A stretch of DNA of 64,000 bases from positions 84,322,001-84,386,000 of the forward strand of contig NC_086097.1 of the NCBI RefSeq assembly GCF_963921235.1. The letters run 5' to 3'. Source of the stretch: Mobula hypostoma. Taxonomy: Eukaryota. The notes beneath the pieces were generated by a model. That model made no database searches. It was given only the letters and a program-made list of their open reading frames with translations, and had not been told where the DNA came from. Position 1 is the stretch's first letter, and each line of letters begins with the position of its first letter. A program made the position numbers and the translations under genes. Positions 36,411 to 49,518 of this stretch are shown piece by piece.

Positions 36411-39400
36411 TATTTGCAATAAATTCAGGATGGCAGAAGAACTGGATTTAACAACACAATCATTCTCTTCTGTTTTAGTAACTGTTACCACAGAAGTTGT
36501 GTTAAATGCTCAGTGGGGATTGGCAGGCCTTGGTGGTGATGATACTTTTCCTTCATCTGGACAGGCATCGCCTTACTTACAAACCACGACTGTGGAAGAG
36601 AGATCTATTCTGTTGAGACCGGCTGAGATTAAACCAGGCCAGAGCCTGATAGATTAACTAGGACTATAAACATAACCTTAAATCAGTACAATGGAAAGTT
36701 GGGGGTCAATTTAGGGAAAGGTTAGAGATTTAAAGGAAAGTACCCGGGAAAAAGAACAAAGCAGCAGTGAAAAATATTGTGATACAGGAAGAGACAAGAC
36801 TGGAAATTACTCGATTAAAGGTTTAATCAACATGGTTTGTGGATTGTGGACTATAATTCACATTTATGATCTGCTCCGGCTTCTGGTTACTCTTTTTTTT
36901 GTAGCTAGGACGGGCGATTTTGAATCAGGGTGGCCTGCAGATAAGGAACACTGAGCTGAACTGAAATATGCCTTTTGATTTTGTGTTGTATGTTCTGTGT
37001 TTTCACTTTTTTTTAACGCTGTTTGCGCAATTTGTTTTTTTTTACACGTGGGGGTGGAAGGGGGTTTGATTTTTTTTCCTCCTTTGAATGGGTTCCATGG
37101 TTTTCTTAGGTTTTGTGGCTATCTATGGGAAACCCAAATCTCAGAGTTGCATACTGCATACATAATTTGATAATGAATGTACTTTGAATCCTTGTATCTT
37201 AATGCCATTAAGACATCATTCTATTTCAACTTAATGTTGTTTGTGTAAGCCCATTAGACATTATGTTCTTTATTAGCAATGTTCCCAGAGCAGTGTGATT
37301 GGATTTCTGTGAAAAATTCACTGTCAGCTGGCCTGTTGGAAAACTTTAGTAGCTGTCACTTGGCTCAATTTCTTTGAGCTGGGATGCCAATACTTACATT
37401 CCACAATATGAACAACACTATTCCATCTCCAGAGGGCTCCGGCTTAAAGAGATCTATGGGACAATAGAGAGTCTCAGAGGGAGTTGGATGAGCTGATGAA
37501 GAGCCGTGGGTGCAGAGACGTGCCTTTGTTTAAAGGTGCAGTGCAGACTCTCCTGGGAGACAACCAGGTATTTTCTGGCAGAAGCTGATAAGAGGGTCTT
37601 TACAGGGTGTATTACTGCTGGATGACAGCCGATAAATGTCAGCACTTTGGGAAAGGTCGTGTCACGGACAGATATCCACGCCTCCACTTCCAGTTCCTCT
37701 AGGCTGAAGGGTGAAGAAAAAACAAATGAGGTCTCCTCCCCTTGAGTGTCCTCCTTAATGCAGGAGAGGGCAGCAGTCTGTGGAATGTGGCAGAGACTAT
37801 CAACAGCAGCAGGCTGCAGTGATCCTGGGGTCAGGAAGCTGAGAGTAAAGTTGACCCTGGTCTTGATGGGCGAGGCAGTCCAGGCACATCTAAGGTCACA
37901 GGCATTGGTCAGGGCAATGAATGCAGGCTGAGGATCGGCCCTTTAAGTTTCAGGGAAAAGGGGTTAGTATAAGCTGTTTTCTTCACAAGTAAAAACAACT
38001 TGAGACCAGCAAGTTTGGAGATCATTCTGAAGATGAATTTTTGGCATTGCGCTGTTCACATCATTTTGAGGAGTTTTAATATGCACATAAGCTTCTAGTG
38101 TGAAAGAAAATCCTGTAGTCAGCAGTCAGATTTCCCACTGGACATGAGGAGAGCCAGAAATGGGTGCAGTTCTGGTCTACTCAGGCTTAAGATAACTATT
38201 TTCTTGGAGCTCAGTAAAGAAAATTCCATGTCAGAATTTAACTGAGATGGTGCATTGGTGAAATAGATCAACTGAAGGAGACGTGTTAAGATTTGAATGT
38301 TTCGTATCTGAATAGAAGCAGCATTTGGAACAAAATAGACCAACCAATGAATTGAAAATGAATGAGATGTTTTATTTAACAACACTTGCATTGTTGTGGT
38401 TTACATGATGATCAAGGCTGAGAATGAAATAAAAGAACACAAGCAATGAGAAGCAGCAGCAGGCCACTCAGCCCTTCAAACCTACCCCACCGTTCAATGT
38501 GATAGAGGTGCCAGTTTCCCATAGCCCTAAATCCTCAGATTTTCGAAAATGTATCCACTTCCTCTTTTAATACTTCCAATCATCCAGGGTAGAGAGTTCC
38601 TACTCACCTTAGTTTCAGGTGACTAACTCCTGATTTTGTAACTATGTCCTCATGAGCAAACACTTCAACTTCGACCCTGCCATGGCCCCCTTAGGATCCT
38701 ATATATCTCAGTAAGTTCACTCCTCATTCTTGTAAACTCACATACCAGAATAGACAATGTCTAGAGAGGACAGACAACTTTTATTTTAATTATTACCAAA
38801 ATATATTTTATAATTAATATGTATTTGCATAAACCATATATGCTAACACACTAATGTGCCGTCGTGCACAAGACCTGTTCTTCTTAACAAGATTCATGGA
38901 CATCAGCAGGATAAACATTTAAAGTGAGTGGGGGGGGGCAGAATTTCAAAGGAGATGTGTGGGGTAAATTACTTTTACACAGTGTAGGGTGTGGGCAGTG
39001 CACTTCCTAGGGTACTGGTGGAGGCAGATAAAATAGAGGTATTTAAGACTCTGCTACATAGGCACGTGAGTATGCAAAGAATGGAGGGATATGGAGAAGA
39101 GAAGGGAATAGTTTAGTTGGGTGTTTAATTAGTTTGGCACCGGGGGCCAAAGGTCCTATTCCTGTGCTGTACAGTTCTGTGTTGTATGTTGGTATTTTAT
39201 TCTGCACATATTCCATGAGGGTTAAGACCCAGCTCTTCGGTATGCACTGACGGGAAAGCCCTATATTCTAACCTTACCCTGCCTAACCTTTACAGCGACT
39301 GTGCCAAGTTTCAAGGTGAAACTCAGCATGTGGTCCTGAACCATACCATATGAGGGCTGGCTTCACTCTATCATGGAGAACCCCGCACACTGGAAGACCA

Positions 39401-39819
39401 GCCAGTTTTGGGCAGACCACAGTCGATAACCTTCCACCAGCGGGTGACATTGTGCACGCTCTGTGCCCTTTGGGCACTGGCCCTGGAACACAGAAAGACG
39501 GAATGGGAGCGAGAGTCGATCCATAGTGGAAGTATTTCTCTTTCCTGATTACCTCTCTCCCCAGATTATTTGAAGGAGAACTCAGTCTGCGGTGTGCAGG
39601 TAGTCGATGCTGGCAGTGTGCTCTCCTCCTAACATCTGGTTCTGTTGAAATCAGTGGAGTTGAATACATGGAGTCCTGCAAGCTGATACCCCCTTGAGTA
39701 TCAGGAAACAGAAACTAAATTTGCCCCCACCATTAAGCCCAGCTGGAGGAACATTTTCTAGAATGTCAATATTTATAGTCAGACCCACAGAGTAAACCCA
39801 GTTCTCTCCACTACATCTA

Positions 39820-40359
39820 CAGTACTGTGGAAAAAGCCTTAGGCACATTATATATAGCTTGGGTGCCTAAGACTTTTGCACAGTACTGTTATGATTTTAT
39901 TTATTGCACTGTAGGTCTACCGCAAATAAGAACAAATTTCCTGACCTATGTGAGTGCTGTTAAACCTGATTCTGATATGGGCCTCTATTGTGGACTGAGA
40001 CTGAGAAGGGGTCAGGGGGAGAGGGGAATCATGGTTGGGGAAAAGGGGGAGGGAGTGGGAAGTACTGGAGAGGCATTCTGGAATGATCAGTAAACCAACT
40101 GTTTGGAATCAAGTGACCTTGCCTGGTGTCTTGGGGCTGGGTGAGTCTGCCCCCACACCACCCCCTGCCCCGGCACTCCTTCTCTGCCCCCCCCGTCCCA
40201 TCCCCTCCCATGGCGCTCCATCTTTGCCATTCCCAACACCCTTTGGTTCTGCAAAATTTACAAACTCACTCTCTGCTCCATGTTGGCAAATACAGTACTG
40301 TGCAAAAGTCTGAGGGACCCTAGCCATATATATGCGCCTTAAACTTTTGCTCAGTACTG
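39820..40359. mobile_element. Tc1-like MITE with hairpin-doubled ends
   Basis: TA|CAGTACTGTGGAAAAAGCCTTAGGCAC..GTGCCTAAGACTTTTGCACAGTACTG (39820-39888) and a second TIR pair at 40293-40359 enclose ~400 bp shared with 31233-31625. Confidence 0.8.
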
Positions 40360-40693
40360 CAAGTCTGCTGTCATGTTCCAAATACACAGCAGATAGACTA
40401 ATCTTCAAACAAAGATCTAATGAAGGTTCTGCATTCATCAGGTGCTGGTGCTTGCAGCACCTCTCCCTTTAATCTCTTCAATCTGTACCTCTCATCATTT
40501 TGTATATCCCTGTCAGGTCACCTCTCCATCTCCCGTGCTCCTAACCTTCCCAATATTTCCCCTTCTCTAAAGTCCTCTGATTCCGGCACCAGCACTGTTG
40601 AATCTCCTCTGCACTCTCTCCGACATTGCCTCATCCTTCCTATAATCAGGTAATCTGAACTGCACATATTAATGTCCCAGCTTCTACCTTCTG

Positions 40694-41000
40694 TAACAAC
40701 GCACACAAAACACTGTAGGAACTCAGCAGGTAAGGTAGCATCCAGGGAAATGAACAAACGGTCGATGTTGCAGGTGAAGACACTTCTCCAGGATTGGAAA
40801 GGAAGGGGGAAGTGGCCAGAATGAAAAGGTGGGAGGAGGGGAGGGAGGATAGCTGGAAGGTGATATGTGAAGCCAGGTGGGTGGGAAAGGTAAAGGGCTG
40901 GAGAGGAGGGAATATGATAGGAGAGGAGAGTGGATCAAGGAAGAAAGTAGGGGCACCAAGGGAGGTGATAGGCAGGTGAAAAGATGTAAGAGGCCAGAGT
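40694..41000 (-). mobile_element. PLE terminal repeat and UTR fragment
   Basis: Same blocks as 4562-4930. Hammerhead region heavily mutated. Confidence 0.7.
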
Positions 41001-43213
41001 AGGGACCTGGCCTGTAAAGGCAAGCATACCTTATGCCTTTTTTACCAACTTACCTACCTGTTTTGCCACTTTCAGGGAACTATGTTCTCGGACTTGGACC
41101 CTCCTAGGTCTTTCTGTTCATCTGGCCAACTCTGTTTGATTTCCCAAAATTCTTCACCTTGCACTCGTCAGGATTGCCGTCTGCCAATGTTCTGGCCAGC
41201 TTTCCAACTAATGTGCTGTATATCCTGCTGTAGCATTAGGCAACCTTACTTATTGTCTATAATTGCACCTGCCTTCTTGTCACCCACAAACTTACTTACC
41301 ACACTTTCTACATTCATATCCAGGTTGAAAATGCATATCACAAGACAGCAAGGGCCAATCAATAGACACCCACCCATTGTTCCTCTCCTTTCACCCAGCT
41401 ACTTTTGGTTCCAATTAGTCATGTGCCTGAGAAATTAGACAGAGAATTGCAACAACGGTCTATCTTTTATACTTGAGGGTTAATCAGTCCTTTACTAAAC
41501 CAGGGCACGATGTGAAAGCAGAAGCTGTACAGGGCTGTGAGGATTAGGTGAAAATATTATTTGCTTCCCTGCTGTTTGCTTGTGTCTCCCGAGTGCACAG
41601 TTTTTTGTGTCTATTTAAGCAATGTTTCCCAATTGAAACCCGCTGCAAATGAAAAATTATTTTGCAGCCCACTGGTGTGATTAATCTGGTCAGATGTTGT
41701 TACAGGTGCCAAAACACTTTGTTCACCCTGATGTCACTTTGCTTTGGGATAACACTGGGGCCCCACAGGAGTCAGTCAAAGTTCATGAGGTGTGAGGTCA
41801 GCGCGGTGCACTAAGTGATTTTGCAGTTTCGTTTGGTCACAGTGGCTTTGTATTACTGCTTTGTACAAGGATCGGCTAATACCAATTGAGAACAAACATT
41901 CTTGCAGCAGCCGAATTGCAGGTGGCCTGGGTTACAGTGGTGCTGTGTTTGGTTTGTTATTGTCACCGAGGTGCAGTGTAAAGCTTCTGCTTTGCCTGCC
42001 ATACATCAAGGTAGTTAAAAGTTAAACCTGACTGAAGAGAGAACGACCGGGTTGGGAGGAGTCTTTGATTATGCCAAAGGGAACTTGCGTTTCTCAGAAC
42101 AAGTGTTACAATTACCTTTGTGGTTTCCTAGTCAAAACAAAAGGACTCAGTAGCATAGATCTGGGGAAACCATAAAAAATAATCCACCTTGAACCACAAG
42201 GGGCACGGAAACCAATTCTCATTTGGAATAGCACAGGATTCTGTCATAGTAACAGTCCAAATGATTAAGAAGTATGAGAATTACCAGGGTTTGATGTCGG
42301 TAGAGAGGTTAAGTTCCTGTCTTAATATTTCAGAAATCCAAATTTCAAATCTGACACTTTTCCTAATTGTAATTTTAGAAGAAAAACTAATCATTAGTAC
42401 CAATGAGCATAATGCTCCCAGATTGTTATAAAAACCCATTGGTTTTCATGTCCTTCAGGAGAAGACCTGTTATTTTCTCAGGTGAATGTCGGGTTGAGAT
42501 TACAATCAGGTGGGTGCTGAGTAGAGAGCCATCTGGAAAGGCTGAGCAGTCTACTCCCACACTTAATTTTGCCTTCACGTTATTCCTGACCTACAGTGGT
42601 GTGTTGGCTGTGAGATGCTCTGTCAATCCCTTATGACAAGGCAAAAGCACCCACACCCCACCTTGCTAGTACCCCAAACAATAATTCCTTTTTAAAAACT
42701 GTGGATAATCCTGGCAGAGGTGGTCACCCGGGGTTTACTGGAAAGTGAAGACAGATACTAATCTAACTGATTAGGTAATTAGCTGAGAACATCAAAAATT
42801 GCAGAAGCTGGAAGTCTGAAATCAAAACAGAAGATGCTGGAAGTGTGCAGAAGATCAGGCATTGTGGAAGGAGATATCGGGTTAATATTTGAGGTCAAAC
42901 ACTCTTGTCAGGACGATTAGGAGGGGGAAAATCAGGAGAGTGCAAGGACATGAGAGGAAAGGACCTGTGGAGGAGAAGAAGGGACGATGAGGGGAGGGCC
43001 AGACCAATAATGGTGCTGCTCATTACCAGGTTGGTGTGCGGTGATATGGTTAAATTTATTTGTGGCTGAGATAGGTCTCCACTCTTGTCTTGCTCTGGAG
43101 CTGCAGCAGTTTAGCAAACGTGGCCACGCCGTGATCAGATTAGTAATGGATCACACAAGGACTGGCAGCAGGTTTCTGGCGTGCCTTCTCAGTCCTGCCC
43201 TTGTTTCTTCCAG

Positions 43214-43296
43214 ATACCAAACGCCTAACTGTGACAGCAATGCCCGGTCCAAGCTCATCGAGGGTGACGATCCATTCAAGGACAAGGAGCTACAAG
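43214..43296 (+). CDS. SMOC1: SMOC1 internal exon (end of TY domain and linker before the EF-hand EC domain)
   Basis: cccttgtttcttccag| acceptor and G|gtgagc donor. 83 bp. The phase-2 start completes the AG|A (Arg) codon of the previous exon. Translates YQTPNCDSNARSKLIEGDDPFKDKELQ(G), matching SMOC1 Y..P.C.S.AR.K..E.DDPFKD.EL.G. Confidence 0.93.
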
Positions 43297-44584
43297 GTGA
43301 GCCATTACTTCATACCTCACCCACACAGCAGGGAGTGATCAGTGTCTATTGCAGGGAAACCACTAGCCTATCTTGCAGTCATTCAGCAGTTATGGATGAT
43401 TGCCCTGTACAAGTGCAACATGTGATTTGACTAATTGACATTTAATTGGTTACAGATGCTACTCTCCAAAATGGTGATGGTTAATTACAAGAGAATAAGA
43501 GCTCTCCACATGAAATATTCCTTCTCTGGCAGTGCTAATGTTTTACAATATATTTTTTAAAATTTTGATCTCTAATGGCATAAAGAATTGATGTATATGA
43601 TATAGGAACTCAGCTACGAGCTGCTCAGATTCAGAGGCGTGATCCTTGAAACCATATCAGCTTTTGCTCAGTGTGTATCTGGTTGGTACCGATCCAAACA
43701 AGTCAAAACAAAATAAGAACTTCCCAGAGCACAGTTGTGAAAGTATAAGCGAATGAAACAACTGTGTCTCTGAGCTTTATCCACAATGAAACTTAATTGC
43801 TGCAGAATTTGTTGAATAGGAAGCAATATTGAAAGATTCTATGGAGGTGAGTAGACACAGTCTGGGCAGTACAAAGCTAGTCTGTCAAATGAATTACTTA
43901 CTTGCAAGAATATTTGAAGCTAAGCAGTTCAATTGTTCCCAGTGAATATACTAAAACCTCAATAGCTTAGGAATGTCTTAAGTCTACCTCCTGCTCTGGT
44001 GCGAAATTTTCAGTGAGACTTGAATATCAGGGAGGAGGTGAGCTTTTGCTATTTCTGCAGGTTTAACACACACAGCAGCTTCAAATTTCTCCGAGCCACG
44101 AGGCAGACACAATCTGAAGTTAAATGTGCTTAATGTGGTTGAAAATCAATTTTCCCATAGATCATGCTCTATCTAGCCGTGTAATATAAGTATTCTCATT
44201 TGCAAGGGCGATCTTAACCATACTCAGAAATTGCCACTCATCAGTTAGCTGCTTAATTACATGGAATTATTTGTCAGCGTCGCCCTGCACAGATGCTGTC
44301 TTGCACATGTTCTGCTCTTTGCTATTAAGCTGATCTCCTTTGATCAAGATTTTGATTGTCTTTTCTAATATTTCCTTTTGAGACTATGTGTTCTGTGAGG
44401 CATCTGGAGTAACTTACTGCACTTAGGATGCAGGATGTGGTTAGAAATTGGAGCGTGTTGGCTGCGTAGAGCAATAGCAGCACCAGTAACCCTTGTAGCT
44501 GTCAGCCTCCTGCTGCAGATTCCCCTTCCCCCTTTGGCTGAAGCTGACTAGTTAATGCTTCTGCCCTTCTGGTATTTTGTAGTC

Positions 44585-45125
44585 ACAGCCTGTCCACCAC
44601 CTACAAGGCTCAGGTCAGGAGTGTAATGGAAACTCGTCAATCGCCAGGATGAGTGCAGCTCCATCAACACTCAAGAAGCTAGACACCATCCAGTATAAGG
44701 CAGTCACCTTGATGGGTACCCCTTCCACAAGCATCCAATTCCTTCACCATCGACGAACAGTTGCAGCGGTGTGTACTATCTACAAGATGCACAGCAACAA
44801 CACACCAAAGTTCCTCACGCAGCACCTTCCAGACCCATGACCACTACCATCGAGAACAGCAGATACCTGGGAACACCACCACTTGGAAATCCCCTTCCAA
44901 GTCACTCACCATCCTGACTTGGAAACATATCGCCGTTCCTTCATTGTCGCTGGGTCAGAATCATGGAATTCCCTCCCTAACAGCACTGTGGGTGTACCTA
45001 CACCTCAGGGACTGCAGCAGTTCAAAAAAGCAGCTAGTCACCATCACCTCAAGGGCAACTAGGGATGGGCAATAAATGCTGGCCTAGTTGGCAATGCCCA
45101 CATCCCATAAATGAATAAATATTTT
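44585..45125 (+). mobile_element. LINE 3' fragment (RT C-terminus and 3' UTR, clade uncertain)
   Basis: YKAQVRSVME..MSAAPSTLKKLDTIQYKAVTLMG..LHHRRTVAAVCTIYKMH is a non-LTR ORF2 C-terminal pattern. Ends aataaatgctggcct..cccacatcccataaatgaataaa. Confidence 0.7.
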
Positions 45126-47272
45126 AAAAAAGGTTCAGATGGAATTGCTGAGCTTGGCAGAGTGTGGGTGAGCATTGGGAGACTGGCGTTATTTGGATTA
45201 CAGAGTGGTGGCGATGGAGCTGTGGCTGCATATGACAGTGTTTGAATGGTGCAGGCTGAGGAGGAGATGGTGTGGGGGAGGGAAGCTACATTTTTCTGCT
45301 GGTGGCCAGGTCGTACAACAGATTGGGAGAATTGTGGTGGTGGGAGGTTGAGGCAGGGTTGGGGAGCCAGAGGTTGAAAGTTATTTCCCAACTTACCTGG
45401 CCCCGAGCTGCAGTGGGAAGACCTCTTTGTCCCAACAGTGTCCCTTGGCTATTCCCAGGACAATGTGGTCCAGGTTTCTGCTGCAAAGCTCCAAGTGGAG
45501 CATTGACCTGAAGCTATGCCCTGATGTAGAATGTGCATTAGAAAAGCAAAGTGACCTACTTTGGGAGCGAGGCAAAAGATAGGTTGAGAAGTACTCATTA
45601 CTACTTTTCCCATTGCAGAACATTACAGACTCCCTACAGTCTACTGTGTCATTACATAATTTGCTAAAGTGCAACTTTCTGATGTTGCGATGTAGTCACT
45701 GGAAGTTCTAACAGAGAGAGGTTTGTTTGTAATGTAATTTCGTGTCCTTTGAGTGCTTCATTCTCAAGCTGTTACTGTTAAATGCACTTTACAGTGGCAC
45801 AGCACTTTGAAAACATCCCTTTTATTTCAGAGGATGCTGCACTGAGATGAATAAATATTGTTTTGCGCTACTAACCTGGGAGTAATTTCTTGACCCTCCT
45901 ATTTCTGCTCCAAGTTTGAAATTGCACTGAAGAGCATGAGTTGCAGGAAGTAATTGTTGAGCTGGTTCGTTCAGGCAGGGCCTCTTGTGTCCAATTCAAA
46001 CAGCTGTGTGCTGCTGGAGACATAGCTTATCGTTTGGGCGAAGCATTAAACTGAGACCCCATGTATCCTTCCTGGTTTGTACCGTGGATCCTCTGTTACC
46101 ATTTCAGGGAAATTATCATTGGTCTCCTGACCAAAATTAGTCTGTAAACCAATGGATTAACTATCTATTTACTTCATCACTGTTTGTAGGAGCCTGCAAT
46201 ATATTGACTGGTTGACCATACTTGAAAGATAAGAATAGTTCAAATTCAAACACAGCATAGAAATTGGCTCCTTGGCCCAATTTGTCCCTGCTGTCCGAGG
46301 TGCCTTTCTATTTCAATCTCATTTGCCTGCATCCCTCTGCACCTTTCCTATCTATGTACATGAAGGGCTTGTAAGTTCTTTGGCATGGGTGAAGTGAATT
46401 CCACTCTATTCCAATCTATACCAGATTGAACTAGAAGCATACTAATCCATTTGCCATCCTGATATGTTCTGGCTGTTGGGGAAAGTTGGAAAATGGGACA
46501 TCTTCAAGCAAAAAAATTTACTGACTGGATTGTGCTTTCACAGATGGCCAAGTTACTATCCGGATAACAATAGTATGACTAACAACAATCCCTTGAAAAT
46601 TCTATTTCACATCAATTATTAACAGCAGGCATAAATTGTTACCATAAACGTAAGCATTCCTTACAGTCTAATAACTAGTTGACTTAATGCCCACAGCACC
46701 AAGTGTCCCCTCAAAAGAAAATTCTTCTTAAAGTCTGAAGATGCATTTAATATCTGTATTTGTTTGGTTGAATTAGAACTGTAGATTTAATGGTACGTTG
46801 TGTAGCTTTTGGCAACTGTCTCTTCAGTTTCTTGACAAAATGCCCATGCTGGATGGGACAGGCTCCACCACGTTTAAAAGCATTTGATGATTAGTTGTTT
46901 TAAGGTTGCCCGTGGTTTTTAAGACTTGCTCCAGCCAGCCATGGAGTGAGAAATCCTGAACTGTTCCCATTTGCCAAAGATCAGAACTGGGGAAACAATA
47001 ATTGCTCCAGACTGAATTCCGCAATCACATTGAATGCTGGCCAAGCTCAGACACTTCAGAACAATGGCAAGGGTCAGCCTGAGTGTGTCTGTCCTAGCTG
47101 CACTGAACTTGCTGCTTTTCCCATCAATGTGGATTGTGGATGAGTACTTTGGAACTTGCTTCCATACTCAAGATGGCAAAGTCTTGACTGGTGCCCTGTT
47201 CACCAGACATTTATAGTTTTTACTGAATTTTATTTTGCTGCTGCTACCTCCCATTTGTATTCCAGTCATGTA

Positions 47273-47782
47273 TGTTATGTTTTGTAACTTCAAAACAGAA
47301 AAATAATTGAAAGGAAAAGCACAGAGCTGGGGATGACTCATGTCCAGTGAGGTATGCATTTATGACATGGCGTGATGACGTACGCCATTCATGTACTTTT
47401 ACATATAACCCATAATGGCGGCTGGTGGCGCAGTGACATCAGCGCCGGACTCTGGAACGGAGGTTCCCGGGTTGGAATCCAGTCGGCCGTTCCAGAGTAC
47501 GCTTTCCATCTGTGCCGGGTTGAGTGTTGAGCTCACCACTCAACCTCATAAAATAAAGAAAAAAGAGTGCAAAATGTCGGTGCGAGGAGTGGCGCCCCAC
47601 ACAGCCTTCCGATCCACGCCTTGTATGGCATGAAAATGCCTGACGCTGGCCTCTCAGGCCTGAGTCAACGTCGTCATCATCATCAGCATCATAATGAATT
47701 ATGTACACAACAAAGAATGTTTAATCAAACAATATATCTACAATATTACTTGAATATTACTGAAATGTTAAATGCACAAACA
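47273..47782 (-). mobile_element. Solo LTR of the Gypsy family at 59340-60588, interrupted by a SINE
   Basis: TGTT...AACA termini. Colinear with 60204-60588 (ttttgtaact.caaaaca, tgcatttatga, tataaccca.aatg, caacaaagaatgttt.atcaaacaatata). No clean TSD seen. Confidence 0.7.
47418..47689 (+). mobile_element. tRNA-derived SINE with (CAT)n tail
   Basis: A box TGGCGCAGTGA, B box GGTTGGAATCC, CATCATCATCAGCAT tail, 7-bp TSD CATAATG (47411-47417, 47690-47696). CpG-rich. Confidence 0.85.
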
Positions 47783-49518
47783 TGGGTATCATCTTCTTTT
47801 CCTTTTTTTTCTGGGACACAGAGTTAAATACGATGGAGGATATAGTCTAGCTCTGTCATAAGGGAGAGATTACCAGGTGGACAGGGATAAAGATTCAAGG
47901 ATATGCTCAGAGCGCCTCTGGGGGAAGTTGTAATGTTCCTGCTGGCTCCTGGGCCTTGTCCACTCACAGTGGAGATTGAGTGTCCATGATGGTATTCAGG
48001 AGATCCGGTGGAGGGGGAGCATTGGGACCATGCAGGTGTATAAGCAGAGGGAGGAGTGCACTTTCTTGCACTCCCACCCTGGAAAGCACTACTGTCCTGT
48101 CTGTGATAAGAGTTTGTGGTTCCCATGTCAAAGTTCAAAATACATACATGTTACCATATACAATCCTGAGATTCATTTTCTTGCAGGCATACTCAATAAG
48201 TCCACAATAGGGTAATAACCATAAATATAACCCATGAAAGACCACCGCAACTTGGGCCTTCAGCCGGTGTGCAAAAGGAGGCAAACTATGCAAATACAAA
48301 AAGAAAGACAAAATAAATAAGTGGGCAATAAATACTGAGTAAACATGAGATGAAGAGTCATTGAAATTGAGTCCATAGATTGTGGGAACATTTCAATGAT
48401 GGGGCAAGTGATGTTGAGTGAAGTTATCCCCTTTGGTTCAAGTGTCAATAAAGAGCATCCTGATGTATGCATCTTTGCTGTCCAGACGTTCCAGGATTGA
48501 GTGAAAAGCCAATGAAATGATACCTGCGGTGGACCTGTTGTTCCAGAAGGCAAATTAGAGCAGATCCGAGATGCTTCTCAGACAGGGCTCAATATGTTTC
48601 ATCACCAACCTTCAAAACGCTTCATTGGCCACCTCATGACCCACAAAACCCGAATGAAAGCGACGCCTCACCCCCCTCCCCCGATCCTGAGTGCCTGAGA
48701 AGAAGCGTTGCATCTTCCATCATGGGCCTTAACTTGTGATCACAGAATGTCCATAATACCTCATTCCTTTTTAACATCCTATCTTTATAAACTTCCTGAA
48801 TGACCATGAGCCACTTATGATTAGGATATGCACAGTTGCTGTGGAATTTGCAACATCGATAAAGGCAAGTATCTTATTCAACTGTATGAGATAGTTATAT
48901 TTGTGAAATGAAGCAGGTTTATTGTTTGCAAAGTAGTTCCCTTCATGGTCTTGAAGGCTAAAGAGCAATTTTATATCTGAAGAGTTTCAGGAAGATGTGG
49001 AACATGGAGTTAACCCCTTCAGCCCAGCTCATCCATGCTGGCCAAGGTGCCTACATCCACTAAAACCCATTTGCCTGTTTTTCACCCATAACCTGCTGAA
49101 CCTTTCCTATCCATGTACTTGTCTGAATATTGTTCAAGTGTTGTAATTGTACTTTCGTTCATCACCTCTTTTGGCAGATTGCCTGTTTACCCATCGCTCT
49201 CAATATGGAAAATTGTGACCCTCAGATCCCCTTAAATCTTTCCCTTCTCATCTTAAACCAGCATGCAGTTATAGACTGCCTTACCCTGAAGAAAAGACTT
49301 TATGGGTTTATACAATTAAGAGGAGAAAGTACCTTGTCTATGCCCCTCATGACTGTATAAACCTTTAAGAGGTCTCCTCTCTGTCTCCTTTGCTTAAGGG
49401 AAAGCAGTCCCAGCCTATGCAATCTCTCCCTGTTACTCAAACCCTCCAGTCCAGGCAATGATTAGGGCGGCACGGTAGCATAACAGTATTACATCGCTTG
49501 TGACCCGGGTTCATCTCC

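Noticed and set aside
37450..37930. Possible ancient RT fragment on the minus strand (FSLEELEV, ALHQLIQL)
   Set aside because: Too degenerate to assign without a profile search.
47418..47490. tRNA gene
   Set aside because: A/B boxes are present, but there is no clean cloverleaf and it continues into a SINE body with tail and TSD.
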